Source: Oopsacas minuta
Taxonomy: Eukaryota > Animalia > Porifera
Assembly (NCBI GenBank): GCA_024704765.1
Contig: JAKMXF010000055.1
Coordinates: 442,353-506,352, forward strand
DNA length: 64,000 nucleotides
Reading direction: 5' to 3'
A program made the translations under genes and the position numbers. Positions 40,435-53,700 of the stretch are shown piece by piece. Position 1 is the stretch's first letter. Each line of letters begins with the position of its first letter. The notes beneath the pieces were generated by a model. That model had not been told where the DNA came from. It did no database searches and saw nothing but the letters and a program-made list of their open reading frames with translations.

Positions 40435-42724
40435 CACAGATGAAGAAAATTTAACTTCATTGTCCCATCAAGTATTAGATTGACATTTTCCAAGCTAGGT
40501 TTTACACTGAATTCAAATCTGATTTCAGATTGTTTCCAGCACGTCCAGTTGTTTTCATCTACAAGTCAACGATTTTTATGTATTTCCTAAATTTTTCCTA
40601 TTATTTTATGGTAGTGGCTGTCTTTTTGTCTTCTTACATGATAGCCATCTTAAATAAAACAACGTTTCGATGTTCTGGATTAATGCCAAGATAATATCAG
40701 TTATTATCCTAGGTTTTACGTATAATCATTCACATTCATGCATGTATCAACTACTCACAAAAAAGGGAAAATACATATCCATCTAGAAGTATAAACGTAG
40801 CTAACTAAATTAAAAGTGTTGAGAGTACGAATTCCTTTCATATATCTTGTGGGATTATCTCTGAAGTACCGCCAACAGTAATCGGACATCAAGCCCTCAT
40901 TCTAGAAACCTTGGTATCGGGTTTCCATCTCCTGTATGTCTTGGTGGAATCTCTCACCCTTTTCATCACTTACAGCACCAAGGTTCTCAGGGGAAAAATC
41001 AAGGTGAGAGTGCAAGAAGTGAAGTTTTAGCGCCATGCGCAGCCCATCTTCTCGTATGCGTTAATCAAGGTTTCCACTCCTTCTCTGTAGTTAGACGACT
41101 TCTTGTTGCCCAAAAAGTTTTCACAAACCCATTTGAAAGAATTCCAAGCACTCATTTCTAATTCGGATAATGTCTTCTCGAAATCTGGATCTCAGAATAC
41201 TTGTCTGATATGTGGTCCTACAAATACTCCCTCTATTAACTTTGCCTCGCTTAGTTTCAGAAATTTAGCTACCAAAGGCAAAAATCCTCCTGAATTTGTT
41301 TTGCTCATTGTTTTAACGAATGTTTTCATTAATCCAAGCTTAGTATGAAGTGGGGGTAAGAAAACTTTGTTTGGATCTACCAATGGCAAATGCTGTAAAT
41401 TGGTTTTCCCCTCTTCATAGGTTCTCTTCTGCCAATCACATCTTGTATAATCTTCACCAGTTGCTTGGCTGTCCAATAGACATAGGAAACAACAATGCAA
41501 TACTTTGTAAATCCTCGTTGCAAGCCCATCAATAGCCCGATTATCTTAATCACCGCAGATATTCCATACATATGTTCCATACTGTATTGCCTCCAAAGCT
41601 TCTTGCAAATTGACGAAGGTTTCTTTGAGATAGACGGAGTGAGCAATTGGAACGCCAGGCTTTAGATTTCCGTTATGCAACAGAACAGCTTTCAAACTGC
41701 GTTTTGACGAGTCGATGAAAAGGCGCCAATCAGAGGAAGAATGTTCTTGTAGTAGTTTTGCATAGAGTCCTTCGATATCATTACAATAGCACACTGGACC
41801 ATCAGTGGTGTAGTAATGAGCGAGATTGAAATTTCGCTTGCGATAGTGGGATACTAGGACATCTTTGTCGAGTAGGTTTTTCTGTTTGAGCCTGGATGCA
41901 AGGAGTTCAGCTTTGTCTTTAGATAAGTCCAGATCCCTGACCAGGTCATTCAATTCTCCCTGTGTAAATGTTTGTGGCTCTAGTAATTCATCTTCCGGGA
42001 CATAATTAGCATCTGTCGAATCTGCATGAACATCTTCCACCATATCAGACCTGATATTAATTTACTGTGGCTTGGGAATTGGGATTGGTAATGAGATGTC
42101 GTGTGGAATTGGCCTGTGAGCATAATCCAAGTCTGGGCAAACAAGAGCGTGCTTATTCTTGGGTGAGAATCCTGTAATGTCGATAAGGCAAAAGTAACAA
42201 TCATCAAAGTGATTTTTCTGTTCCTTCCAGACCATGAGTACTGCAAATGGCATTGAAACTTTCCTTTTGTTCAACTAATCACGTAGTCCACTTGAACAAG
42301 AAGTGCATATAACATGTGGTGCCCACGACTTGTCTTGGTCACCAAGTGGACATTCGAAGTACAATTTGTATATGTTCTTTAATTGATTTGTGATTGGTCG
42401 TCTTTGTGATTTTACGCAAAAAAGACCACAAACGTAACAGAAATTGTTGGGATGAGTGCTACAATTACGATGCATGTTTATAATATGATTTTCTTGAATT
42501 CAAATAAGTAAAGTCATTTATATTCCAGATAATTGAATCAAAATACGCATGCTTATATAGCAATTTAGTATCTAGGCAATACTATACTATTGGAAAAATG
42601 GATTTTGGTTTTCAGAATAACTAGACGTGCTAGAGAAATTCTGATTGCAGATTCGAATTCAGCATTCAAAAGTATGCTAAGATAAATGTATGTGATCTCT
42701 GATGAGAAATCTTGTTGAGTTGTG
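40435..42724 (-). mobile_element. Full-length degenerate Chapaev3-like transposon, 2290 bp
   Basis: Ends CACAACTCAACAAGATTT / CACAGATGAAGAAAATTT; 3-bp TSD TAA (40432-40434 and 42725-42727); ATG 42475 MHRNCSTHPNNFCYVCG..WAPHVIC..DCYFC..LFIDSS..LPPLHTKLG..SDEKGERFHQD..DYCW, with several stops and frameshifts. Confidence 0.9.
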
Positions 42725-43487
42725 TAATTATTGTCGTATCCGATATTTGTAGATATTCGTTACCGTATTTCCAGTTTGCTTTCAATTTGTACAGCTATTC
42801 ATATACAAGTTCTAGTGTGAATTATCATTAGAATTCATTTGGAACCTTATATTTTCTCCAGTGAATTAATCACAATCGAGTATTTCATCAACTTGTTTAA
42901 TTATTTAATCATGAATGCCAAAAATTCCTCTGAAACTCTTCGTAACAGGGCAGCCGGAATGATTAATGGTGGGATGGTGCAGAAAGATGTTGCTGAGACC
43001 TAAGAAAAACCACTCAGAACGTTACAGCGTTGGTGGACACGATATAGACAAGGTCAAGATCTATGACATAAGGTCGGTGCTGGGCGTCCAAAAACGATAG
43101 CAAGGGGACAATGATAGTTATATCCAAATCTCTTGGCAAATTCGTCAATTTACTCGAAATATCGTGATAAAACTCAAGCAAAAGGGTTATGGTATCTCTA
43201 AATCAACTGTTCACCGTTATTTGAAGGAAACGTTTGGAGCGACTGCCTATAAAAGACTTAAAATTCCCAGATTGAATGAAAAACAGAGGGAAAATCGGGC
43301 TAAATTTTTGTGATGAAAGGGAGAATTGGAATTTGGATGAGTGGAAACGAGTCCTATGGAGTGATGGTTCACGATATGAACTATTTTATCCCAGTTCCGC
43401 CCAAAATGATAGGGTTTGTTCCACTGATAGCTCCAAAGTACCACCCCGTGAAGTTATCAAAAACTCCACAAAAGTGATGGTCTGGCC

Positions 43488-45859
43488 CAGGGAATGGCAA
43501 CCTCTTGAGCCTGCGGGCCAGTTTGAGTCTTTCAGTGCATTGCGTGGGCCAAGCGATCACCATTCTCTGATCTTATTCGAAATTTATCAATTGTCGAATT
43601 GGTAATTATAACTAAATATGTTAGAATTGTCTTTAATAATGGAAGAAAACTAGAATAAGTGAATTATTAATGCAATTTTTGATGCTGTCCGTCCTTTGAC
43701 AGTCTTATTACATCAGGTGATATTGTAGAAGTTGATAATCGCATTACATTTTCCAAATGGTCGTCCTTTAATCTCGTTCTTAGCTTGTTTTTTTCATATT
43801 TCATTCTTGAGAAAAGTTGCTCGCAAACATAAGTACTACCAAAAAGTACTGCAATTGTCTTGGCATGCTTCCTCAGTACTGGAAATTTGTCATTTGTCAA
43901 GTACTTCTGATAGAATTCCACAAGAGAAAGATCCCGGTACCTTGACTTAAACTCAACAGAATTTTGAAGCTCGATTAGCTCCAATTGCATCTCTTCTGGG
44001 GCCTCAATATAATTGACACCAAATGGACTAGCGAAATAACTGAACTCTCTTTGATACTTCTCTACGTCAGCAAACCGGATATCAAATTGTACGCTTAGAT
44101 CAGATATAAAAGTAGAATAGTAAGTATATCAATTGGCTGATTTGCATTAAGACTAGGAAAATGTGCACAATTCTGCTGATTCAATTGAAACTCCCACAAT
44201 CGCAACTTAGCTTGAAATGCACATACATGTTCATAAAGGACGTTAACTAACTGGTTTTTTCCCTGTAGTTTCAAATTCAAACTGTTCAAGTGATTGGTAA
44301 TATCCACAAGAAAAGCAAAATCTGACAACCATTTTGAATCACTAAATTCAGGAACTTCCAAACCCTTTCTCTAACGAATGTCGTCAATTCATTTCTCAGC
44401 TGATACACTCTCTCTAGCATAGCACCTCTGCTTAACCAGCGAACTTCGCAATAATATAATAAATCACCGTATTGAGAATCTATCTCTTCTATCAGTTATT
44501 GAAATTGACGATGATTCAACCCCCTTGAGCGTACAAAGTTTACAGTCTTAACAACCACTCGCATGACTTCTTGCATCCTCAAAGATTTTGCATATAGGAC
44601 TTCAAGATGCATTATGTAGTGTGTCCGTACTAAATTTCGCTCGAATCCAACATTTCTCATCTCTTTTTCAATTAATGAAACAGCTCCGTTCACGGTACCG
44701 GTCATTGCTGGGGCACCATCTGTTGCCATTCCACAAAGATCATCTAATTTTAGACCAAAGTCATCTATAACACTTTTGACTGCATTAAAAATATTTAGAC
44801 CAGTTGTAGTATCCCTAAGTGGAACCAAGCTTGCAAACTCTTCAGTGATATCAAAGTGGGCATTAATCCCTCTTATAAAAACAGCAACTTGAGCAGTATC
44901 CTTGAGATCAGTACTCTCATCCAAAGCAATGGCGAAAAATTCAAATTGGCGTGTAAGTTCTTTTAATGATAGTTTGACGTCAGCAGATAAATCTTCAATT
45001 CTACGTGTGACAGTTCGTGCAGAAAGACTGATGTTAGCGACAGGCTTTTTTCTCAGGGCAAACAAAGTCAACCGCAGTTAGAAGACATTCTTTCACAAAT
45101 TATCCATCAGTAAACGGTTTCATTTTTCTGCCAATGATTTCACTGATAGCGAAACTTGCACAAGTACTCTTTGCGGATTCGGTATCTTGCTTTGTGAAAA
45201 TATCTTGTTGTTTACACAGGGATCCTCGTAGAGAATTAATCTTTACTTTTCGCTCTTCTCCAATAATTGAATAAAATTTCTCCGAGTGCTTTGTTGTGTA
45301 ATTTCGCTTTAGATTACACTCTTTTACAAGAGCCACAGTTGCATTACATAGTAAACATAAAGGCTTATCTCCAAACATAATAAAAAAGTATTGTTCAGTC
45401 CAACTTTCCGTGAATGTTCGATTTCCCGATCTACTTTTCTTCTCTTATTTGATGCCATACGTAAATAAATCTGAACAACAAAATCACTCGAAAAATGCTA
45501 AACTTAAAGATAAGTGAAGTTAATGAAAAATTGAAAAATACTTACTATAATGCTTTTGAAATCAAGGACTGTTTACAAACAATGATAAGTGAACAAATAG
45601 CAGCCTTGAAAAGACGTAATAATCTTATTTATTCAATTATATTATTGACAGGTTGTAACTTGTAAGGTGCTAAAGAAATACATTGCGCATGCACAATCAC
45701 CACTATTCATTGAACGATGTATTGAACCATGCATTCACCGTCAAGGATTATCTTAGAAAAATAATATTCTAAAATTTTTGCTTCCAATTGATGAACAAAT
45801 TGGAGATCACAATATGGATGCTAAGGAGAGTGCCGCGGGCCGGAGATTGCCAACCGCTG
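43488..45859 (-). mobile_element. Full-length degenerate hAT transposon (SPIN/GTF2IRD2-like), 2372 bp
   Basis: TIRs CAGGGAATGGCAACCT / CAGCGGTTGGCAATCT; 8-bp TSDs GTCTGGCC and GTCTAGGC, each one change from inferred GTCTGGGC; transposase 45458-43667 with CLLC..H, ALDEST, ATDGAPAM, RWLS, FGSTYVCEQLFS. Confidence 0.92.
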
Positions 45860-48689
45860 GTCTAGGCCATTATGAGCTACGATGGCCTCTCAGAATTACA
45901 TTTCGTTCCTCCTAAACAGACTGTAAACTCTCAATATTATGTAGAAGAGATAGTGAAGAAATCTTGTCGACTTGCGGTGGGTCGTTCAAAACGGCAGGCA
46001 GCATTCTGACCAGGAAATTACTACCTAACATGTCCCGGGCCATATTTATGCAAGACAGAGCACCAGTACACACTGCCAGTCGCACACAGAATTGGTGCAA
46101 AAACAACATGCCCACTTTCTGGGCCAAAGGGGAATTGCCTGGCAATTCACCGGATTTAAATCCGATAGAATATCTATGGAGTATTTTGTAAGAGAAGCTG
46201 AATCAGATGAACCGTCAACCAACCTCAATCAGTTAGCAGAAAATCTCAAAAGTGGCTGAGGGACATTAATCTATTAATCTTGGAAAAATTAGTTGCTGGA
46301 ATGCCAGCACGTATTGATAAATGTACACAATTGAAAGGAGGATATATTGGAAAATAAATGTCTTTCTCAATTAATGGCAATAATAACATAAGATGAAAGA
46401 TACGACAGTAATTATGGGACACCCTGTATATTGAATATTTCACTCTTGGACACAATTTCATGGAAGATAATCAAGGGGATGAGTTTAGATATAGGAACTT
46501 ACACTTTTTAGAATTGTATGAAAGAGATTTAGCGATACATTATTGGGGTGATCAGTTAACCATACGTCATAGAGATCAGATAATAGACGAATACATGAAG
46601 TTATATTCACATCAAAGAGTCGTCGTGTCATCATATCGTCTGAATTATCGATTGAATCCTTAGCATACTTTGCTGAGTGAGACGAACGTTGTTTAAGAAG
46701 TGGAGGTCTGAGAAACTATATAGAGATTAATAATAATATTGTTACAAATTTTGCAAACAAAAAAGTCCAGAACCAAAAAATTTTGGAAATAGTAAATAAA
46801 CAGTAAACGATCGAATTTCACAAAATTAAGCAGACAAAGAACCAGAATAAAAACAGAAAAAACTAAGGGTAATTCCTTATCAAATCATCCAATGATTCCA
46901 CCAACCATCTCAGATTTGTCTGGAAATTTGCACACAGAGAGTCCCTTACTAGTATATAGAAACGTGCAAGTTACAACTCATTCCATCAATTATTCTGTGG
47001 GAAAATCAATATTACATTTTCGAATTTGGTCCAAAAAATTGCAAACCAAACATCATTCAAATTGTCCTCTTTACCAATGTTCTAATATCTCTGTTTTCAA
47101 GGTTTAAGGTATCTGAAAGGTAATAATTAGATAAAACATCGTAGGGCGCGATGTAATCATTCTCAAACTGATTTGGGAGAATGTGCCTAGACAGAATGTT
47201 GAGTTAAACTTGGTGAAGGCTCACTTTTACGAAATGTTGCATCCGCCGTAAGGATTGGTAAGGAATGGATATAACTTATCATGAATTTTGAAATAGGGAA
47301 TATCTCAGTATGACCAAAATTTGAACTTCTTCCAATTACTCCATATCAGTTATATATGATGACGTCGCAATGACCCCTCAGTTTTGTGACAGAATATGAA
47401 ATATAATGAGCATAAAGATATTATTCTAGTATTTATGTACTAAGACGATTAGCCCTTCGCTGCTCCTGTTGTTACTTAAACAAATTTCAAAATACCAGGA
47501 CAATTTTAGAGATTGAGTTAAAACTCGTCATTTTCGGAAGTATTTTCCCCATTTTAGTTAGAATTATGGGGATTTTAATAAATTGCGGAACAATAGCCTA
47601 TTTGGGAGCCTAATGTTATATTTATTGCCTCTAAATGTAGACGTTTAATTATTTCAATTTACACCACAACACACGAAACACAATATTCAATCAAACCACA
47701 ATTGGCTTTGGCAGATATGTCAAATATAATGAAAAATTGACGAATTATTTTGATGCTGTAAAAGTGCATTTTTAATCGTACATATTTGATGGTAAAGCTC
47801 TAATTCATTTGAAATCATTGGAAGAAACCTTGATTTCCTATCTGTGACTGGTGTGATTCATAAAACAAACATAATTATAAGATTCTATTGGAGATTTCAT
47901 AACAATAGTGTGGTAAGAATAAATACTTAATGATCTCATTTGTCATAACTATTTGCTTTGTAGGAATCTATTATTCCCCTGCCCACCCGCAGTTACGCAA
48001 CTGACGATAACCAGGTCAGGATACAGGCGGTATTTCACACTGACTCCATTTCATTAGCCTATTTTGGGTCAACTCCTTTGACCCAAAACAGCCATTCAGT
48101 TGAAGAAGAATTCAATACAATGTGCCAACAATGGATAAAGTGAAAGATGATATTTGCTCAGGCAGGGAGTTATAGAAGTCATTCGGAGGATGGATGAAAC
48201 GGTCATGCTCTCAAAGTATTCGCATTAATCAGTAATTTAGCGCTAGATTATAGTGAAAGATACTTGATTTCTACGCTTATGAATATAATTCAGTAAAGAT
48301 CATACTTCTAAAGTAACATCTTGAGCAGGATAGATACCTCCATGCGCTCATCTGAAGGTTTTTATCTTGAAATCATAGGTATCTCGGCACAACATCTGAT
48401 GTAAATAAGTATTTTGGGGATAAACACGAACGTTCGCAAATCGCCATATCACTTAGAGATTGTTGAATACAGTAGGGAATAGGGAAAGAAATCTCAGATA
48501 ATGTTCCACAATCTTAACGATAACGTCATAAATTTGCATATTTGTGAACTAGGGTGTCCCAAAATTTAATTTATTGAAACTTCATGGGAATCCCTTTGAA
48601 ACATTTGTCAAAATGGTTTAAGGAAAGGTTTATGATATAAATATTGTGAGTATGGGTCACGGTAATGAAATAATAATTCAAATTTATTA

Positions 48690-50021
48690 CCAGGGCGTTC
48701 AATAAGTCTTGCGGGTCATGATATATCTTAGGAATTAGCCAAGTATGTATCTAACTTTCATATATTATAAGCCCATATAGTTAAACTCAATATACTGAAA
48801 GTTTCAAGCTTATTCAATACAAATTATGAATTTTTGAGATAGTTACGGGTAGTCAATTTATACCCACTGTTGAATTTATGGCTTCAATGGATGATAATTT
48901 CAACCTCAAATGGCGAGCTTACATAGAGTTTCGCACAATACTCAAGACCCAGCCCGTCCAGATCTTCAGTGAGTTACAGGAGATACTGTGCGTGAATTGC
49001 CCTTCCAGATCTACTGTAGAGCGATGGGTTGCCAGTTTTAGATCTGGCGGTGCTGATGTCACAGATTTTCCTCCATCTGGAAGACTTGCATCCGGCACTA
49101 ATTCAGAGAATATCGTACTCATTGAAAGTATGGCCATGGAAGACAAGTGCATTACTGTAAATCAGTTAGAACAAAGTATGGAGATTTCATCGGGAGCTAT
49201 TCATACAATTCTGACGACTGAGCTTGGCTACCGATCGATTTGTGGTAAATGGGTACCACATATGCTCAGTGAGAATCAAAGGTTGGCACGACTGAATATT
49301 GCCAAGAAACTCTTGGAAACTTATGAGAACTGCGATTCTAGACGCCTAACAGAGATTATGACTGGTGGCAAGACGTGGGTGTACTATTCAACACCATATA
49401 GCAAATATAAGAAGCGCTCATGGGTGAGGGACGACGAACAACCGGCAAAAATTCCTAGGCCCGACTGCAAAAAACCTAAGATTATGTATACCATCTTCTT
49501 CAGTAGTCATGAAATTGTTTTGCAATTACCTTGTGAGAGTGGCAAGGCTGTTACTGCTACTTTCTTTACGGAGCAAGTGCTTCCAAATTTGATAAAAAAT
49601 ATAGAAAAGTACCACCCAAAAACCAGAACTCGAGGAATGAAGATTTTAATTGCTAACACCAGTTCACATAAAGCTAAGCTTACCAAAAGTTCTTGGATGT
49701 AGAATGGTTAGAATTACTTCCCCATCCACCACACTCACCAAACCTAGTTGTGTGTGATTTTTGGCTATTCCCCAAGCTTAAAATCTACCTTCAAGGCAAA
49801 GATTTTAACAAATTACAAGCACTCTGAACGGGCCTGTACCAGTACTTCAAATCCGTCCCGAAGAAGAGAACAGAAATGTGTTTCATAAGTTGGCGGAAAG
49901 GTTAAAACTTTGTGTATCTGCAGGAGGGGATTACTTTGAATCAACAATATAGTGAATTAGTGTATATAGTGTTTGTATTATATTCTATGATATCACCCAC
50001 AAGACTCATTGAACGCCTTAG
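48690..50021 (+). mobile_element. Mariner element, copy B of near-identical inverted pair, 1332 bp
   Basis: TA|CCAGGGCGTTCAATAAGTCTTGCGGGT ... ACCCACAAGACTCATTGAACGCCTTAG|TA. Confidence 0.95.
48878..49702 (+). pseudogene. Mariner transposase, 274-aa ORF with the same lesions as copy A
   Basis: Protein identical to 36304-37128 except one V/A change. Confidence 0.92.
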
Positions 50022-52476
50022 TAGTAGTACAAACGTCATATTGAAGCAGTCTACATTAGTTGATAAACGGTTAAAATGCAATTCCTTGGCATGTATATTC
50101 GATTTGCAATCCAATGATACTGATCTACAACCCAAATCTGTTATTTGGAATGGACAATATATAAACCTGGATCCTTAAGAATACAGCGAAAATCATTTGA
50201 GACTCTCTGAATGACTTGCAAACAGTTTTATAGTAGGGGCTAAAGTCGATTTTCGCCAAATATGTATTTCAGATACGAAGTGGCGCATACATACTTGGTG
50301 CCATAAGTGTCATAAATATGAACATGCTAATAGGTCAACAAGATTTGCTCGAAATATTCGAAATATTCATACTGGAGTAAAACATACCCCGTAGAATTCA
50401 AACATGCGATAAGAATTGCTCCATCTCATAAAATTTAGTGAAATTACGAATTGAAAATATTTAATTAACTCATTATTTACATAATTCATGAGTAAAGTGT
50501 GGCAAGAAAATAACTACTTAGAATAATAGTCATAGATTTAGTCATGACAATGTCAACCAACATAGTCAAAAAAGTTGTTCCAGGTATATTATCATATGCA
50601 TATTCAAATATACGCTGCAATTCCAGGATTATCAATAGTATATTATTGTATGCAAGTACTCGTTTAGATGCATGCATATTTCTAATTAAGAACACATTTC
50701 AATTCAAATTCAGGTGTATTATATTTGTACTCATCAAGAAACTTGACTGTACACCAGATCAAAAAGTAGGGCGGGTGTGCATAACATCATATTTGCCCAA
50801 CCAGACACTAGAGCTTAGTTACGGATTGGCTCAAAATTAATAGGAATAAAATACAATAATAGAAAGAGATAATATGAGCTCAGCTATAATAGAGTGCAGA
50901 ATTTGCCAGTATCTATGTTATAATGCAATGTATACTCAATTTCCCAATAACTATATAATATACAATAGGTATGCGAAGATTATAATAATTGAATATAGTC
51001 AGGGCTGTTAACAGAGATAGAGTGACAGTCAAGTAAAACCGCAAATTTTGGTGGAAAGTTACAGTTTGGTATGCTTGAACTTTAGAGTAGGGGAGCCGCT
51101 TTGGAATCAATCTAAATTGATAAAATATATATAACTGATCCAGTCTGAATGGGAACGGATGCTGGTCGATATCCGTAATCAGTGAAATATGTCACGTCGT
51201 TTCAGTGGGCACTAGAATATATTTGGGAGTATTTTTCTCCCATCAACGCAAGAACATCTCAGGAATGTAGAAACATTCCATTCTATAATTTTGTCTTAAG
51301 CGTATCGAGTGACACCTTGTCGGCTGTTGCTAGTCTAGTTGAGTATAATTATGCACATATCTATCCGTCAAACTGTTCTATGTACGATTTTACTCCATCG
51401 AATTCGGCGCTCGCACCATTTTATTGGTATTGATTACATATTTGAAATAAATAGACAATGTTAATAACAGTTATGATAACATATCGTATATATATATACA
51501 TTGATTCTTTAATCATAAGGTGTAGATCTTGCTAACTGACCCATGTAAAGTCTGATCATCTTCTTATTAGCCATAAATTAGACAATTAATGATAAAGAAT
51601 TTTCCCATAGAATTTATTCGATGACTTAGATATTACTATTTTGCCGTAATAATAGAGGGATTATTCCAAGGAAGGCATGAAATGAATTAATTGTTAATAT
51701 CTACAGATGGATGCTAAATATCGTATGCGATATTCCACAAAATACTTGATTATGATACCACCAAACTTAGATCAATACAGATACAAGTGGCCGAGATTTA
51801 AGTAAATTGACATAAATATATGATCAAAGTACCTTAAACAATATAGACACTCAGAATTACGCAAATATCTCTGCAAATAGTAGAGTCTATTGCGAGAAAA
51901 ATGTCCGATTAATGGAGAACTAGTCCGGTTCGAATCCTGAATAAATTACAAAAGAGGACAAAAGAGAAAATAGACTGGCCTATGAAAAACGGATGTAACA
52001 TGCACAAGTACTATGATATAATATCGAGAAAATTGTGACTTGAAAATGCATCACAAATGTATCTTATGAATTAAGCTTAATGGAGATCTCGTTTGCATGG
52101 GGATAAACGATTTTCTACACAGAGTGAAATCGGTTGATTGTTCCATACTATTACACGTATTTGTTTGTGGAGACAAAAATGACTTCTTACGGTATAGAAT
52201 AACCTAAATCTCAATGCAAACGACTTTTCATCTCAAGAATAACCAAAGGATGTAGGGTAGATAAACTATTCAATTATCAATTTTCGTGAAAATTTAGCAT
52301 AGTAACGGGAGAGCTAACAAGATATACACCATTCGGTAAATTAATCAATAAATTGGTAGAAAGAATTTGCAAAACTGATAATTACTATATATCTTTCCAA
52401 AATGAAATAATTATCAAGAGAATAGAGGGACTTGGGAGGTCGAACCTCTTAAATCGTATTTGACGAACATTTGGAG

Positions 52477-53700
52477 CAGGGGTTTTCAACCTTTTAACTT
52501 TACAACCCCCTTATCGATGTGGGAAATATTCATGACCCCCATAATAACGCTAAGAATGTTTTTATCAGAGCTTATACTTAATATGACATAAATCATGAAT
52601 ACAAAATTATGAATGGAATTTGTCATTTTATCCTTAATGTGAAGGTTTGAACAGTTGTTTTTTCAACAAGTTGAGGAATTCATATCTCAGTTTTAGAATG
52701 ACAGCATCTAAGATCATGTTCAACATCCAATCAATTTCGGTTCTTTGTTTGAATTGTTAATAGCCTGGAGAAACCTATTTTACATTAGTAGGTAGAAGGT
52801 GGTAGTAGTGCCTTAATTGCGATTAGTGATACTTATCGATAAGTGCGTGATATGGAACACCAAAAGTGGGACATTCATCATTGAAAATGTGGCCTTTGCT
52901 CATGAGCCATTAATTAATTTACAAACTCCTTGGGCATCATCTTGAACATTTGAAATGCAAATACCACTTTTGAAAAAGGGTTTCGAACTCAATTAAATTC
53001 TGATTTCCTAATTTCTGAGAAACATCGCTTAAATTCATTCTTCATAACTTAGAAGTGTAAAATAATAACATCTCTCAACCCATCAGGTAATCGATAATCA
53101 TGGATTTCAGTTAAATTCGTGATCCTACAAAACATGGCCATTCTTCCATCTCGAACTTCAGTATGAACAGGTCAAGCATACTTTGGGAGCAGTTAGCTTC
53201 TCCACATAATCAATGTAAACTTCTTTTCCTTGTAATGAAATGTTGAGGATATTAGACGTATGATATATGCCAAATTAGAGAGGGTCAGAAGTCAAGAATT
53301 ATTATAAAATAGTGTTACCCAGTTTTAAGCATTTTTGAAGTTGAAATACTCTTGAACTTGCACATGTATATCAAGAAGACGCTTAAGTATATTCCCCTCC
53401 GAAAAGCAACGAATTCATGTGTACAAAGAGTTTTGTGGTTGCATCCATATCAAGACTTAGATTTTTGGAAAGCAGAGTATTAAGAGCAATTGATATAATG
53501 TAATGTACAATTTTGATGGAAACTTGAAAAACACATTTTGTGCATCTGGCAAAGTATTTGATGCCGATGCTTTTCCACAAATCAGACCATAATTTCCAGT
53601 TACATACGGTGCTCAAGAATTTTCCTGTGTTGGTAGGGGAATATTCCACATTATATTCTAATGACAACTCAAACAACGTGGAATCCTTCAGTGATTACAA
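52477..53700 (-). mobile_element. hAT (Buster/ZBED8-like) transposon, 3' part, degraded
   Basis: Terminus CAGGGGTTTTCAACCTTTT at 52477; KIVHYIISIALNT..DMDA, WLSEGNILKR, NLAYI..SLQGK, GFSRLLTIQTKNRN*LDVEHDLRCC, stop near 52634. Confidence 0.75.

Larger units (their letters stand above)
40420..46426 (+). mobile_element. DD37E Tc1-like element split by Chapaev3 and hAT insertions
   Basis: TIR CAGGGTGTCCCATAATTA(C/T)TGTCGTATC at both ends (left copy interrupted after base 15), TA flanks. Transposase 42911-43487 plus 45860-46357: GAGRP, LWSDGS, KVMVW|AIMS, MQDRAPVH, SPDLNPIE with 37 aa between D and E. Net length about 1334 bp. Confidence 0.9.

Noticed and set aside
48062-48088. 11-bp stem with 5-nt loop resembling a terminator
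   Set aside because: Eukaryotic context, isolated, and no associated gene.
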